From assembly GCA_036867785.1 (NCBI GenBank), contig CP145421.1, positions 310,001-374,000 of the forward strand: a stretch of DNA of 64,000 nucleotides, read 5' to 3'. This DNA is from Plasmodiophora brassicae. Taxonomy: Eukaryota. The position numbers and the translations under genes were made by a program. The notes below the pieces were generated by a model. The model did no database searches. It had not been told where the DNA came from and was given only the letters and a program-made list of their open reading frames with translations. Positions 48,943 to 60,948 of this stretch are shown here, one piece after another; position 1 is the stretch's first letter, and each line of letters opens with the position of its first letter.

Positions 48943-51900
48943 TTATTTCGTTTGGAGGAACGACCGGCACTCCTGGACGAAGAGGCGGGCGTTGTCCCGG
49001 AAGTGGAAGCGGTTTCGCTGGTCGGACCGGCCGGTGACGAGGACGTTGAAGCCGTCGGCGATGCGGGCGCGGGTGGGCTGGTCGGCGACCTGGCTGATGA
49101 AACCGTGGACGGAACTTTGGAACGCGTCGGTGTCCACCTGGATCAGAGGGTATAGGACGTCTGCAAGCGGGTTGAACAGGGCGTCGCTGGTCACGAGCAC
49201 GGTTAATGAGGGGCGACGATGCCGCGAACGACGTTACCTGATCTGCTCGAACAAAATCATCTGCAGGATACGCTGCTGGAACCTGGGTATAGAACCTGTC
49301 AGCCCTGGTGATATTTCTCGGCCGACTTCCAGCAGATAATCGGCCAGAGACTTGAGAGCGTGCAATCCAGCCAAAGTCACCCTAAGGCACGCACCATCCG
49401 TTATGTGTCACCGTTCGCAAACCAAGAGAGACGAACTTTTCTTGAACGGACGTCGACAGCGAGAACTCGATAGCATGGACGACAGCCTCCTGCTGCGCTG
49501 GTGCAATTATTGCAATTTTGTCTAGTAGCGACACACTGTCAAACCATCGGCAACGCAAACAGGGCGAACGTAGTTACCCGGGGACGAAACAATCAGCTCC
49601 GACAGCAGGTCGTATATCTTGGTGCACACAGAAGGGTGCTGCTGGAGAGATGACGGGGAAAGCATGGGCAGGAGCAAGCACAACCCCAGAAACGCCTGCA
49701 GGGTGGTAAGGTGGGGGTCCTTCGAAACCAATTGCGGTTCGCACCATACCGCATCCGAACCAACAGTAACTGAATCGGGACCAAAGTCGAACAGGTCTTT
49801 CGCAGCGCAGTGGTTGAGGAGGCAGAGCAATGCCTCGAAATAGTCGTCGTCATCATCAAACAGAGACGGACTGCCGTCCTGGGAGAACGCCTTGATCCGA
49901 TCGGCCTGAGTGGTGGAGAACGCGTTGATGAGACGCAGGCAGCCGCGAAAGAACCGAACCGCTCGATCGTGGTCCAGAAACGGCACAATTGCAACGGCAA
50001 CTGCGTTGAACATGGCCAGCAACGACGTCGTAGGTGTACAATGCTCAGTCACAACGAGGTCAATAACCTCGATAATGACTGGGAATGTTCTCAGGGAGCA
50101 CAAGCGACCTGAAGCAAGCTTGAGCACGGCCCATTACCAATTTTCCCTTAGGTACCCACCGGAACATTGAGCCATCCCACACAGGATATCAGCAACAATA
50201 TCGATCTGTTCATGACCACGATGCTGACACAGCCGCTTGATATGCGAGCACAGCATGTCGAAATGGCTGGCGACAGACGCCTCCAGAATGGAGACGCGGC
50301 TAACAGCTGAACGCAAGTTTTAATTAGGTAGCGGTAGCACAACAGCAGCACTCCTGTTTACATACCAGCAGACAGCATTACGAGTACCTCGCTTGGCACC
50401 GATAACGGTGGACTGTTCGAGAGCATACTATGAACAACAGACACGAATGATTGCCACCCATGCGACCGGGACAATATCGCTCTGAGCTAGAAGGCATTCA
50501 GAGGGGATAATTACCGATTTCATCGACAACGAAACAAACCGGTTGAATTGAGGTAAGCTGCAGAACCATCTCGGACGCTAGCTTGCTTGCATCGATTTCG
50601 GATTGCCAGATGAAGACGACACCGTACGAGAACTCAATGAGCAGCTCGACAGCCGACGTCACGAGCTCACCGTCCGATCTCAGCATGGCTACCAGAGCAG
50701 GCTTTACGGGTCTGTAATTGGAAGGTCAGTCTCAATCCGCAGGGTCATTCGCCCGGCGTAACAACCAGGAGCGTGTTTGAAGACCGACATTTTCGATTTC
50801 TGATAGGACGCAGGACTAAACATGAAGTAAGTCTTCGCAAGAAGGGTGCACGCCGACAAAATTGTCTGGATCACCAAGGGTGACAACGACGATCGCCCTT
50901 CTTCCGTGGACAGCATTCGGCATTGCATGTCAACGACGGCAAGCAGCGACCTGATTGCTCGATGAACTGGCTCAACAGGCTCCTGAAGAACGTTCTCTGG
51001 AATCAAGGACAATTCTCCTAACAACCCCGATGAGCACCAAGCAGTCAGCGCATTTGCAGGACAGACCAGGATGCGCCTCGTCTGCAAGGACATTGATAAG
51101 AAGGGTGGCGAGGATACAGACACGTTCGTGAGCATCGTCTGAAACAGGGGCGCCTGCAGCTTCTAGCAACGAAGCTGACAAGTGAGTCAGACAAACACCA
51201 GCACTTGGTCTCGCAAGCAGAGCAATGCTTCGAAGCTGACGGGAACGATTGCATGAGCAGAGCGAGCACACTGAAGACGTCAGTACGAACCTGTTCATCA
51301 TTGTAAATCAGGGACGACTGTAGGTGACAAAACTGTTCGTCAGGCTCTGAGTCGTAGTTCGCAGCTTGTGCAGCATCCAGACGATACTGAACGTATCTAC
51401 TTTTAGTCAGCTTAAACGAAAAGCAGAATTTTAGACACCACTGACCGATTGAAAATTGTTTTACAGCCCTCGGCGACCTTCGCATTCCCCGTTGGACTAT
51501 GGGCTAGGCAAACGGACCAGCAGTCAAGAGCAATATCGAAGGATTCGCTCATCCAGGTATCCAGCTGTGACGCCTCCGAGCACGAAGGGACAAGCGCTAA
51601 AGTCCTGAACGCACGGTCAGCACCCCACATCGTACAATAGTCGTCGCCAACCTGACAAGTTTCCAAGACCGTCCAAGAACGGGTCAGCATTTCCAGAGCC
51701 TTCGATCCTGACAAGGCTTTGGGAAGACAGGACGCGATGATACAGTACGCACATGTCTGAGTATAGGGATGAATCAGTCAATTCAAACGGCGAAGACATT
51801 GGATTTCCCGACCCAATACAGACTCTCCATCAGTTGCCTTGGTAGTCATTATGTCGTTCAACATCGTTAACATCCCCCTCACGATGTTCGAAACGTACAT

Positions 51901-53145
51901 TCGACGAGCGGCCCCGTCATCGTCAACGGGAAACACGCGACCTACAAACCGGTTAGCCAGTGCGTTGCCCGTTACGTATAAAAACGGAGACAGAACCAGT
52001 CAGAGAAGCGAGCTGGATGATCACCTGACGCACTAAACGGCAGTGTGATCCAGGTAGTCGCGCCCGAAACAGCCGACCATGCAGACTGTGCTGACGATCG
52101 TCAGCCGTCAGAGAGGCGCGTATTGCAACCAAGAAACGGACCTCGCGAAGAAGTCAATGATCGACCCCTGCCCTAGTAGGACCTCGCGCCATGTACGCCC
52201 TGGGCGAAAGGCCACCTGTCCTACTTCAGGCTCATTGCTTGGCGACACTGACTGCATACAGCGCAGTGCCAGCTTCTCAGTAGACAGAGTCTCTTCGAAC
52301 GACCACGACAGACATGCGAGAAGGACAGACAGCGCCTTCTCAACCAGGCGGAGTTCCTGATGGAAACTTAGAACAAGCGTACCGCTCTGCGGCGTTGAAT
52401 GACGAACATCAGCGGCATTGCTGTGAACCTGAAGCCAGTGAAGAAGGAGGCAGAACATCGGCTGTAGTACATGTCGCTCGAATGAACGATGGCAGACGAC
52501 GTGAGACTCCCAGCGCAAATTCAACGATGAACCGTGCCGTGAACTGAATTCCGTCACCAGCGAGTGCGACAGGGCCAACCCAATTCGCTAACAAGGTTGA
52601 CGTAAGTACCCGCTAAGCAACCGCGTTACGAGGTCCCTTACGTGACTAGTATGGTCGACGCTGCTCAGTAGATGTGCCAGCTTGTCGGTAAGAACACGCG
52701 CGCGTTGCTCTTCGTCGCGCACATCCCAACTGCGTTTGGCAACCACCGCCAGCATGTACGTAGCCTGGTTGAGGACTGGCGTACTGATCCATTCACAGCG
52801 AAGCAACTGCTCGACCTCGCGTTCGATCCTCCCGATCTCCTCACTGGACAACGACGCCCATTCCCTCTCCAGGGCATGCAACATCGTCGAAAGGCCTACA
52901 CAGGGCGCGTTAAACGTTACGCTTCTGCGACAGGCGCACGAGACAGTACATTGGAAGACGACCGTGGCACGAACGGACTCGCGCTGAGACCCAGCGGCGC
53001 TGCTGATCGCCTGGAAGCACAGCTGATATGGTCGGTGCGAGCGTTCCAGGTCGAGCAGCCATTGCCGAGCCTGCTGGCCGGGAACGCCGGCCGCGCCGCT
53101 GGTCGCGCACGCGGCCAGCAGCAGGTCGACACCGTCGCCCGACAT
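48943..53145 (-). CDS. XPO4: Exportin-4-like karyopherin-beta (many exons)
   Basis: Importin-beta-like N-terminus (ARQWLLDL..FQC..LEREWASLS..LAVVAKRSW), HEAT-like body, C-terminus FRDNARLFVQECRSFLQTK. Confidence 0.75.
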
Positions 53146-53348
53146 TTCTGCGCGCAACTCTGCAGCGCAGCGTCACGGCGCGGGCCGGCGATGATGCTCC
53201 CAGCTCAAACGTTGCGCGACGGGATCCTGCTCTTCTGGGAGTGACACTGAGACGCAAACGGTGCTGCTGCCATCGCGCGTTGCACGAAGTGCTCGCGTCC
53301 GGTTTGGGCTCCCGTTCACGCGATCTGACAGCAACTCGTTTCGTAGCC

Positions 53349-53404
53349 TGTAGACCGGACCGCCCAGCAAGGCAGCTCTAGGCCTTTGGGCGGGCCGGTC
53401 TACA
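53349..53404. promoter_or_regulatory. Imperfect ~23-bp-stem palindrome in a divergent promoter
   Basis: TGTAGACCGGACCGCCCA..TGGGCGGGCCGGTCTACA, lying between ATG 53145(-) and ATG 53580(+). Confidence 0.5.
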
Positions 53405-53579
53405 AGCCGGTGTTTCCGTTCCCGGAAACGTGCCTTCCCCGTATTGTCGTAGGAGCCAATATTGCTAGTCGGGTCGACAGGCGGGGGCGTCGTAAATCGT
53501 GTCCGGTTGACGATTTTGTGAACGTCGCCCTGTTCCGGGTCGTGTAGAAGTCCGTGGGCGCATTTGACGCTCGCCAATC

Positions 53580-55018
53580 ATGCGGGGAGGGCGTCGTGGA
53601 GGACACGGCCGCCCCGACGGCGGCAAGCGCCCCGCAAACGGCGGCCCCAGTGACCGTCGCGATCGTGGTCCGGGGCGCGGTGGCGCGCCATCGTCGCCTG
53701 GCGGGCGTGACCGACCTCCTTCCCGCGCGAAGAACGGCGCGACCGTTCAGATTGTCATCTTGGGTACCAAACAAAGGTAGAGCCTGTTCCCGCGCTGGAC
53801 ACGTCAATTTGCGGGATGTGACCCGGCGGTTGTAGGCAATACGCGGATCAGGTTGCTGACGAGGTTCGTTCCGCCGGGTTCTGGGTTGAAACGCGATACC
53901 TGGAGGGATACCCGTTGCGGGAAGTGATCAATCAGGCCGAGGACGAGGGGTCTGTATACATGTTCATTGTTGGAGTCGATAATGAGAGGGATCGCGACGT
54001 GTCGTTCAAGATCTTGGCTCCAAGTCAGCCGCCTATTGCACGCTTGCCGCTGAAGCGCGTCATCGAAGAAATGGTCGCGCATGATCGAACGTGTCGCCGG
54101 TCGTCCCGGTTCGTGGGCGAATTGCCACCGCCTGTGTCCCACCGTGATGCAGCGTCTGCAACGCCAAGACGCCAGTCTCCTCGTCGTGGTCGCCCGTCCC
54201 GGTCCCCGTTCAGTCGCCCACCGTCTCCCCGTCGTCGTGTGTCTCCGCCGCCGTCGTCGAGGCGACCTCCTTCCCCGCGAAGAATGTCGCCCCCGCCTTA
54301 TAGGAGAGTGCGAAGCCGTTCACCTCCTGCTCGCCTTCCCCCGAACGGTCGGTTTGATCAGTACCGGGAACGGGACGCGCCCCCGCACCGTTCGGACGAT
54401 TATCGCGACCGGGAGATGCCGTCTCGTTCGAGTGATTATCGCGATCGTGATTACCCGTCTCGGCCGACCGACTATCGCGACCGTGCCATGCCTCCTCGCG
54501 TCAGCGAGTACCGCGACCTGCCCCGTTCAAGCGACTACGGTGGCGCCCGCCAGGCGGCGTATCGTTCGCATGGCCCTCCTCCTCCTTCTATGCAGCCCTA
54601 CGACGACGTCCCGCGTCGTTATGAGGCTCGGGCGAAACCTGTTTCTCCTCCTCGTGGTGCTCAGGGCTACGCCAGGGGGTACGATCGCAGCTATGAGCGT
54701 CGCGACGTTGAACCGGCGGCGTATAGTTGCCCACCGATCCCTTCGCCGCCTGCGCTTGACAGGCCGTATCGTGCCCGGGCGCCAGGGTTCGATTCGCGAC
54801 GTGGCCTGTCGCCTCAGCGTGTGTCCGCGCCGCCTAGGCACATGGGGGCGCCGTCCTCGTCGATCGACGTGGCCGCCGTCTCTGACCTTCTTCGCACGCT
54901 CGACGATATCGACGGCCAGCCAGCGCCCGCCCCGACCTATGGTCGTGCGTTCGACCCGAACTTTGCCCCTCCCGCTCGCCGATACGACGTGCCACCTGCG
55001 CAGGCGTACCATCGCTGA
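53580..55018 (+). CDS. NCOA5-like protein (anticodon-binding-fold domain plus R/S/P/D-Y low-complexity tail)
   Basis: Spliced VQIVILGTKQRQYADQVADEVRSAGFWVETRYL..LREVINQAEDEGSVYMFIVG resembles the NCOA5/HGTP anticodon-binding domain. RSRSPP and DYRDR repeats follow. Confidence 0.65.
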
Positions 55019-55436
55019 GCGGTTTATCCCCTAAATCCAGAACCGGCCTGCCCGCGAATAAAGCCTGGCGGGGCACCTGCCGCGAACCCTTGCTTATACG
55101 ACACCTTGCCACCCATCATCACTTTGCCTTGACATCGCGTTGCCTGCCCAACCTTTGAAAACGCGTGACTCTCTGTTTCTATTTATGCAAACGGTAGCGG
55201 GCCACAGCGGCGACTGCCCAGCACCAACCCGACGGCTACTACCTCGATACGCTCGGCGATATTGTACCCTGCAGGCCTGATCATCTCTGTCTAATACCCC
55301 GTAAACTTCGATGCGCTGTGCCTATAGCGCATCCTGTGCCCCCTGTCCAAAAAAAGGCTTCGAACTTCTTTGCGACCACCGACGCCGCGGGCAGGTCGGA
55401 ACCACAGCATTGTCCCGATCCGACAGCAGACCGGCG

Positions 55437-55842
55437 ATGTCGTCCGTCCATGGTGAGATTGTTGTAGGGATCCAGATCGGCAACCGTGGACGCTGCTGTC
55501 AAGAGCACACCGTGTGCGGGTCTGTCCTGGAACCAGACAGCATTGTCCGGTTGCGCATTGTTCAAATCATTACTGGTAAGTCATCCCTAATTCGTCGACG
55601 ATTTAACGACAATGATATCCCCAGATGCGGGCAACACCGAGACGGCAATTGCCGTTTATCGTGTGAGGAACGGTACTGATCAATGTTTGGTGGGATTCCT
55701 GCCCCGTCATTACATTTAGAGAGCCAACCGATGCGACAACCGACTTGCAAGAGTTGTCGCATTGTACTCTCGCTCTGACAATGTGTACGACCGTCGACGG
55801 TCGCATTGCCATGGCGGCATGGCACGTTGTATCCTGCTGTAA
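55437..55842 (+). pseudogene. Two-exon Cys/His HIRAN-like gene with premature stop
   Basis: GRCCQEHTVCGSVLEPDSIVRLR..ETAIAVYRVRNGTDQCLVGFLPRHYI*. Intron 55576-55624. TAG at 55717-55719. Confidence 0.55.
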
Positions 55843-55853
55843 CGCCATATATT

Positions 55854-56188
55854 TGTTTATTCGGTATTTGTAAAATAGGGAAAATCATGGCTACGCCATG
55901 ACCTTCGGATCACTCCAGGCGATAGCTCTTGGATGGAGTACGTTCCCAGCCATTGCACCGCACTCGTTCAGCCGATCGACGTGGGTATCAACCGATCATT
56001 TAAGTCACGAATCCGGGATCAATGGGAGCATTGGGTACTGGAAAAGCCCATCGGTGACCCGTTGGATCCACCAACACGTCCCCAAGTGGCATCGTGGATA
56101 CTCCGTTCGTTGCAAGCTATCGCCTGGAGTGATCCGAAGGTCATGGCGTAGCCATGATTTTCCGTATTTTACAAGTACCGAATAAACA
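55854..56188 (+). mobile_element. Pogo/Tigger-like (DDE_1) transposase C-terminal fragment bracketed by a 74-bp inverted repeat
   Basis: YVPSHCTALVQPIDVGINRSFKSRIRDQW..PTRPQVASWI, then frameshifted VIRRSWRSHDFPYF. Inverted repeat 55854-55927 / 56115-56188 with 2 mismatches. Confidence 0.8.
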
Positions 56189-56972
56189 TCTCCCCCGGCC
56201 TGGCAGTGCCGGCCCATCACCTTTGTACTGGGTTCATCGCGCCTTGGACGATATCGGAACGGGGACGTGATTCGCTCGGACTTGTCGACTGCACTCTTGT
56301 CGTACCTCTTTCGCCATACCGCCTACGCCGGGGAGCCGACATACACTTGTTACGGGCCGTTCCTTTACCTCCCAGACGCTCAAGCGAGGCCCCTAATGGC
56401 TCTGGCACTTTGGGCTGCCTGATCAGTAAACACACCCCTTCAACATTTTCGGCGAACTGGGACCTTAGTACTGCTGACCAGCTAGGTCACTGGGGCAGCG
56501 CCCCAATCATCTCTGTCGAGCTGAACGTTCGTTCGCGGCGAACGCCTCCTGCCGCTGTGCAAAACCGTATGGTCGATACAGGTCGCGGCGAATCACCTGC
56601 GCGACCGAGCCCAACCCGTCTGCGCAGCGTGAACTACGCCGTTGCACCGTCGCGCGACTGTGCCCGGCGTCCGCCGACGTGATCCACCAAGCCAGGGCAA
56701 GACGGGGCCAACTCCGGCGACCCGAACCCGAAACGCATTGAACCCGGTGTGGCCGGTCGTGAGCGTGCACCGGCCTGGCGCGGCGGCTCGGGCCCGACTG
56801 GCGTCGGCTGATCACTGCACAGTGTGCATACCTACCCGTATACTGCTTCGGCATGTGATGTCCTTCAGGCAGCAAGGCGGGCGCCCCAGTTGGTTGGGGC
56901 TGAAAGTCTGCGCAATCGGACTGCGCGCCGTCGTCGTCGTCGTCGTCGATTGTTGGTCCGAGACGTCGCAAC

Positions 56973-57748
56973 ATGCGGACGTGGTTGCCGGTGTGTGCCG
57001 TCCTGGCGCTGGCGGCGGCGGCATCGCAGTGCGCTGCCGGCGCGGGCGACGACGACGAGGACATGTTCGATCACGACGAGGATAGGCTGGTGCCGCACGG
57101 CGACGTCGTGGTCGGGTCGGTGTTCACCGACGGGGCGATGAACGCCACCGCGCTGGTCCTCGGCGAACGGGTGCACGTCCTCGCCGTCGTTCGCAACAAG
57201 GGCAACGGCGACGTGGCCCTGACGGGGATCCAGGCGCACCTGCATAGCCCGTATCGCTATTCGCTGTCGATCCAGAACTTTTCTGTGATGCCCTTCGAGG
57301 AGCACGGCGACGTACCTCCGAGCCTGGCGCGTTCGTTCGAGTACCGGTGGGGCGTCGTGGCGCAGCGTCCTGTCACCCTCGTAGTGACTATGCTGTGCAG
57401 GTTCCGCCCCGACCCGTCCCTGCTGCCGATCAAGTACCGCCTGACGCTCGACGCCATGTACAACGTCGGCGGTCGCGCGCATAAAACATCGTTCTTCAAC
57501 GAGACGATCGTGATGGTCGAGCCTCCGCTCGACTGGAGCATTGCGACCGTCATTAAGGTCCCGCAGCGCAGCGTGCTCGACGCCAACGTGTCGGGTTGCT
57601 GACCCATCGCCGCCAGGTGTCCCTCGCGCTGATCGGCGTGTTCCTGGCGGCCATTGCGTTCTCGGCGGTGATGAAGGACAAGTCGAAAGCGTCGTCGTCC
57701 TGGGCGTTCCTGACCGGATCGACGTCGTCGCGCAAGAAGAAGCAGTGA
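56973..57748 (+). CDS. SSR1: Translocon-associated protein alpha subunit
   Basis: Signal peptide, acidic patch, IQNFS, SFEYRFRP, FFNETI..VEP, a single TM and a basic tail. Two introns. Confidence 0.85.
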
Positions 57749-57792
57749 CCAGCGATACAGCGGCCGATCCCCCGTAATTGACGACTCTGTAT

Positions 57793-60791
57793 TCAGGGTT
57801 TAACACTGGCCGCACGCTTCTTCGCCGTGCTCGCCGGCTTCGTCGACCGTCTTCGCGGCAGCGCCGTCACTCGTCGCGCCCGCCGCGCGTTCTTCTCGAA
57901 CACGCTCGGCATGGTCGTCGTCGGCCCGTCCGCCGCGTCCCGGTACCGGGCCATCCGCCGACGAACCATCAGCTCCTGCGCGTCCTTCATGAAGTTGCTG
58001 GGCGATGGCCCCAGCGTGGCGTTCCCGCGAACCCGCGTCGTCGCCACGTACGGCGATCGTCCCGGTTTCACCATCATCGACAACGTTGGTGACGACACGG
58101 TTCGTTGCACGCGATGCGCCCCAGGCCAGGCTTGCCTAGGCGCGCCGCCGCTCCCTGTGGATCCGTTTAGGCGATGCGCAACGTTCAACAGACGACGCGT
58201 ACGGCGATGGGCGGGGGCGGTCTCCACCGGGTTGTACCAGGACAGGATCAGGTCGATCTTCCTGTCGATCTCGGCCCGCACGGCACCGTCGACGCTGCTG
58301 GCCGGCGACTTGGACGCCAGCGACGCGACGAAGGCGTCCCAGGCGGCGCCCAGGGCGAAGTCGTTGTCGGACACGTCGATCAGGAGCTCGCGCTTGCCGA
58401 CCCGGGCGGCGATCTGCGGCAGGAACTTGGGCTGGTCGCGCCCGATCGCCTGGTTCTGCCGGAAGAACACGGCGGGCACGTCGCGATGCCCGCGCATCCA
58501 CAGGTAGATCGCCTTCAGCGCCAGCTTGCTGATGAAGTTGTCGGCCAGCACGATCAGCTGCACCGACGACTCGGTCGTGCAGACGTGCTTGACCAGCGTC
58601 AGGAACGCCTCGTCGTGGACCTGGTTGTGCGACAGGTCCAGGACGACCAGCTGGGCGTTGCTCTGCAGGAACTCGCAGAGCAGGCCGACGTGGTCGTCGC
58701 CCAGCGCGAGGTTCGACAGGTTAAGGCACCGGACCAGGTTGTGCACGTTCGCCAGCGCGTCCATCTGCGCCCCGCTGTGCCATGGCGGGTTCAGCAGCTG
58801 ACACAACCGCCGGAACAGCACCATGGTCGACGCTTCACAGTCCATCAGTAACCGGGCGATAACGCTCGGGCACCGGCACGCGCTTACGATGTGGCGCGGG
58901 CGCCGCCGTCGCTCGCGTTGCCTTCGGCTTCAGCCGCTGGAACCGCTGGGCGATCCGCTCGATGAGCTGGGCGGGCGACTCGCCAGCCAGATCGACGAAC
59001 ACCTGCTGGGAGATCTGCAGCCTGCCCAGCATGTGCTGAACGTTCGGCCCTAGGCCATGGTCTTTGCTGTGCAGCAGCCTGTTGATCGTCGCCTCGTCCA
59101 TCGGTGCGTCTTCGGCCGTTGATTTGTCGTCCTGTGGCTGGTGTTATGCAGGGGGATGGATTGTAGCTGAAGGCCCCAACCCGACCTTGTTCGTTAGCTC
59201 CTGAAGCTTACGAATGTACTGCTTCTCGCGTCGGCGCTGGCCGGCGATCTCGTCGTCCTTGGCGCGGATGACGCCGACGAGCTTGGCCTGGGCGGCCTCG
59301 AGCCGGGCGACCTTGTTGCGGAACTCGACCGTCGCTGTCAGCAGGTCCTTGACCTGCGTCTCGAGCTCGTCGACCCGTTTCTGGCGGACGCCGCTGGCCC
59401 CCTTCTGGCTCTGTAGCGCCCACTGCGCGTCCTTGTACTTGGCCATGACCTCCGACATCGTCCGCTCCTTGGTCTTCAGCAGGTCGATCAGTTTGGCTTT
59501 CACGCGCTCTTCCGCGATGAACTTTCGTCGAAACTCCTGCCCTGCAAACCTATATCGTCATCGTTCGTGCGCGCAAGTGCCGAATGCCCATCCAGACCTG
59601 TCAGTCGGAACGACGTCGCCTTCTCCTTCTCGTTGGTGACCTTCTTCTCCAGCTGTTTCCGAATACGGTCGTCCCGGTCAAGGACCTGTCACAAACGTTG
59701 CTGTCAGGGGCGAAGACGCCCGAGCAACACTCGCGAGGCGCGTCGTGCCTTCTGAAGGTTGTCCGCGCGCATCTCCAGCGTGGCGACCTTCCTGGCGGCG
59801 GCGTGCAGGTCCTCCTGGGCCTGGGCCTTCTCCTTGTCCATCGCCTCCAATTGCTTGATCAGGTGGAACACCTGCAAACGAGTGTGAACGTGGCCCCGCG
59901 GGTCTGCCGGTTTCGCGCGTACGAACCCTTTCGCTCATGAGCTTCAACTGCTCCTGGCTCTTGGTCAGCTCGCCGGTTGCATTCGTCGCCGTCGTCCTGC
60001 TGTCCTCCGCGGCCGCCCTCAGCCGCTCGTTCTCCACCGTCAGCTCCTTCACCTTCAGGTTCGTGTCGTCCAGCTCCTTGAGGACGACCCGGATCTGCTC
60101 CTCCTGCCTCGCCAGCGACTGGTCCAGCTTCAGGTTCTCGCTCCCGAGCTTGATGCAGTCGTTGGCCAGCTTCTCCGCTTCCGCTCTGGACCGCCTGGCG
60201 TTATCCTCTGCGCGTCCGCTTAGGTTGGTGGTGCCGCGCGGCCCACAAACCTGCAGGTCGTTACCTTCCTCCTGCAGCTTCTGCAGCAACTGCACAGCCT
60301 TCGCCTTCCATTCCTCGCGCTCCATCGTGCTCTCCTCGTTCATCTTGTCCAGCGCCTGCGTCAGCTTCTGCACCTCGGCGCGGTACCGCGAGTTCTCGAA
60401 GTAGATGTCCTGCAACTCGTCACGAGCCCGCTTCACTGCGCACGCGCCCATCTCGTCAACAAGCGCGTCCCCGTACAGGTCCTGCCCACCGCAGCCGACC
60501 TTCTTTCGTCAGGTCGGCCAAGGCGCCCTGTTGCACGCGCTGTTCGACGCCTTCGACGACGGCGCTAGTCTGCATCGACGCGGTCCTCTGCATGTCGGTC
60601 TCGAGGCGCTGCCGCTCCTCCTTCTCGGTCTTGAATTGGGCGAGCAGCTGCGCGTTCTCATTGGCCAGCAGCTGGATCTGCTCGTTCTTCACCTGCAACT
60701 CGTGGTGCGCCCGGACGAGCAGCGCGCGCGACTCGCTGACCTGCGCCTTGTAGTCGGCGGGCGTCACGCCCTCGGTCCGCTCCTCCTCCAT
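57793..60791 (-). CDS. Coiled-coil protein with C-terminal RI-like leucine-rich repeats (multi-exon)
   Basis: Coiled-coil exons splice in phase (GTAAG..GAAG intron near 58835-58888) to LNLSNLALGD, LDLSHNQVHD, IVLADNFIS, IDVSDNDF. Confidence 0.7.
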
Positions 60792-60948
60792 GCTGGACCC
60801 GACTATCTAATCGTCATCGTCCGACCCGATCATTGCGTTAGTGCCAAGACTATTACTGCTACCACCCACTCTCGGGGGGTACCTTTCCCGATCATAACCA
60901 GGACACAAATTGCATTCCATAATACACCCTGGGGATGGATGGTCCTGC

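Noticed and set aside
55854-56188. MITE with 74-bp terminal inverted repeats
   Set aside because: The repeat consists of transposase C-terminal coding sequence, and no target-site duplication is evident.
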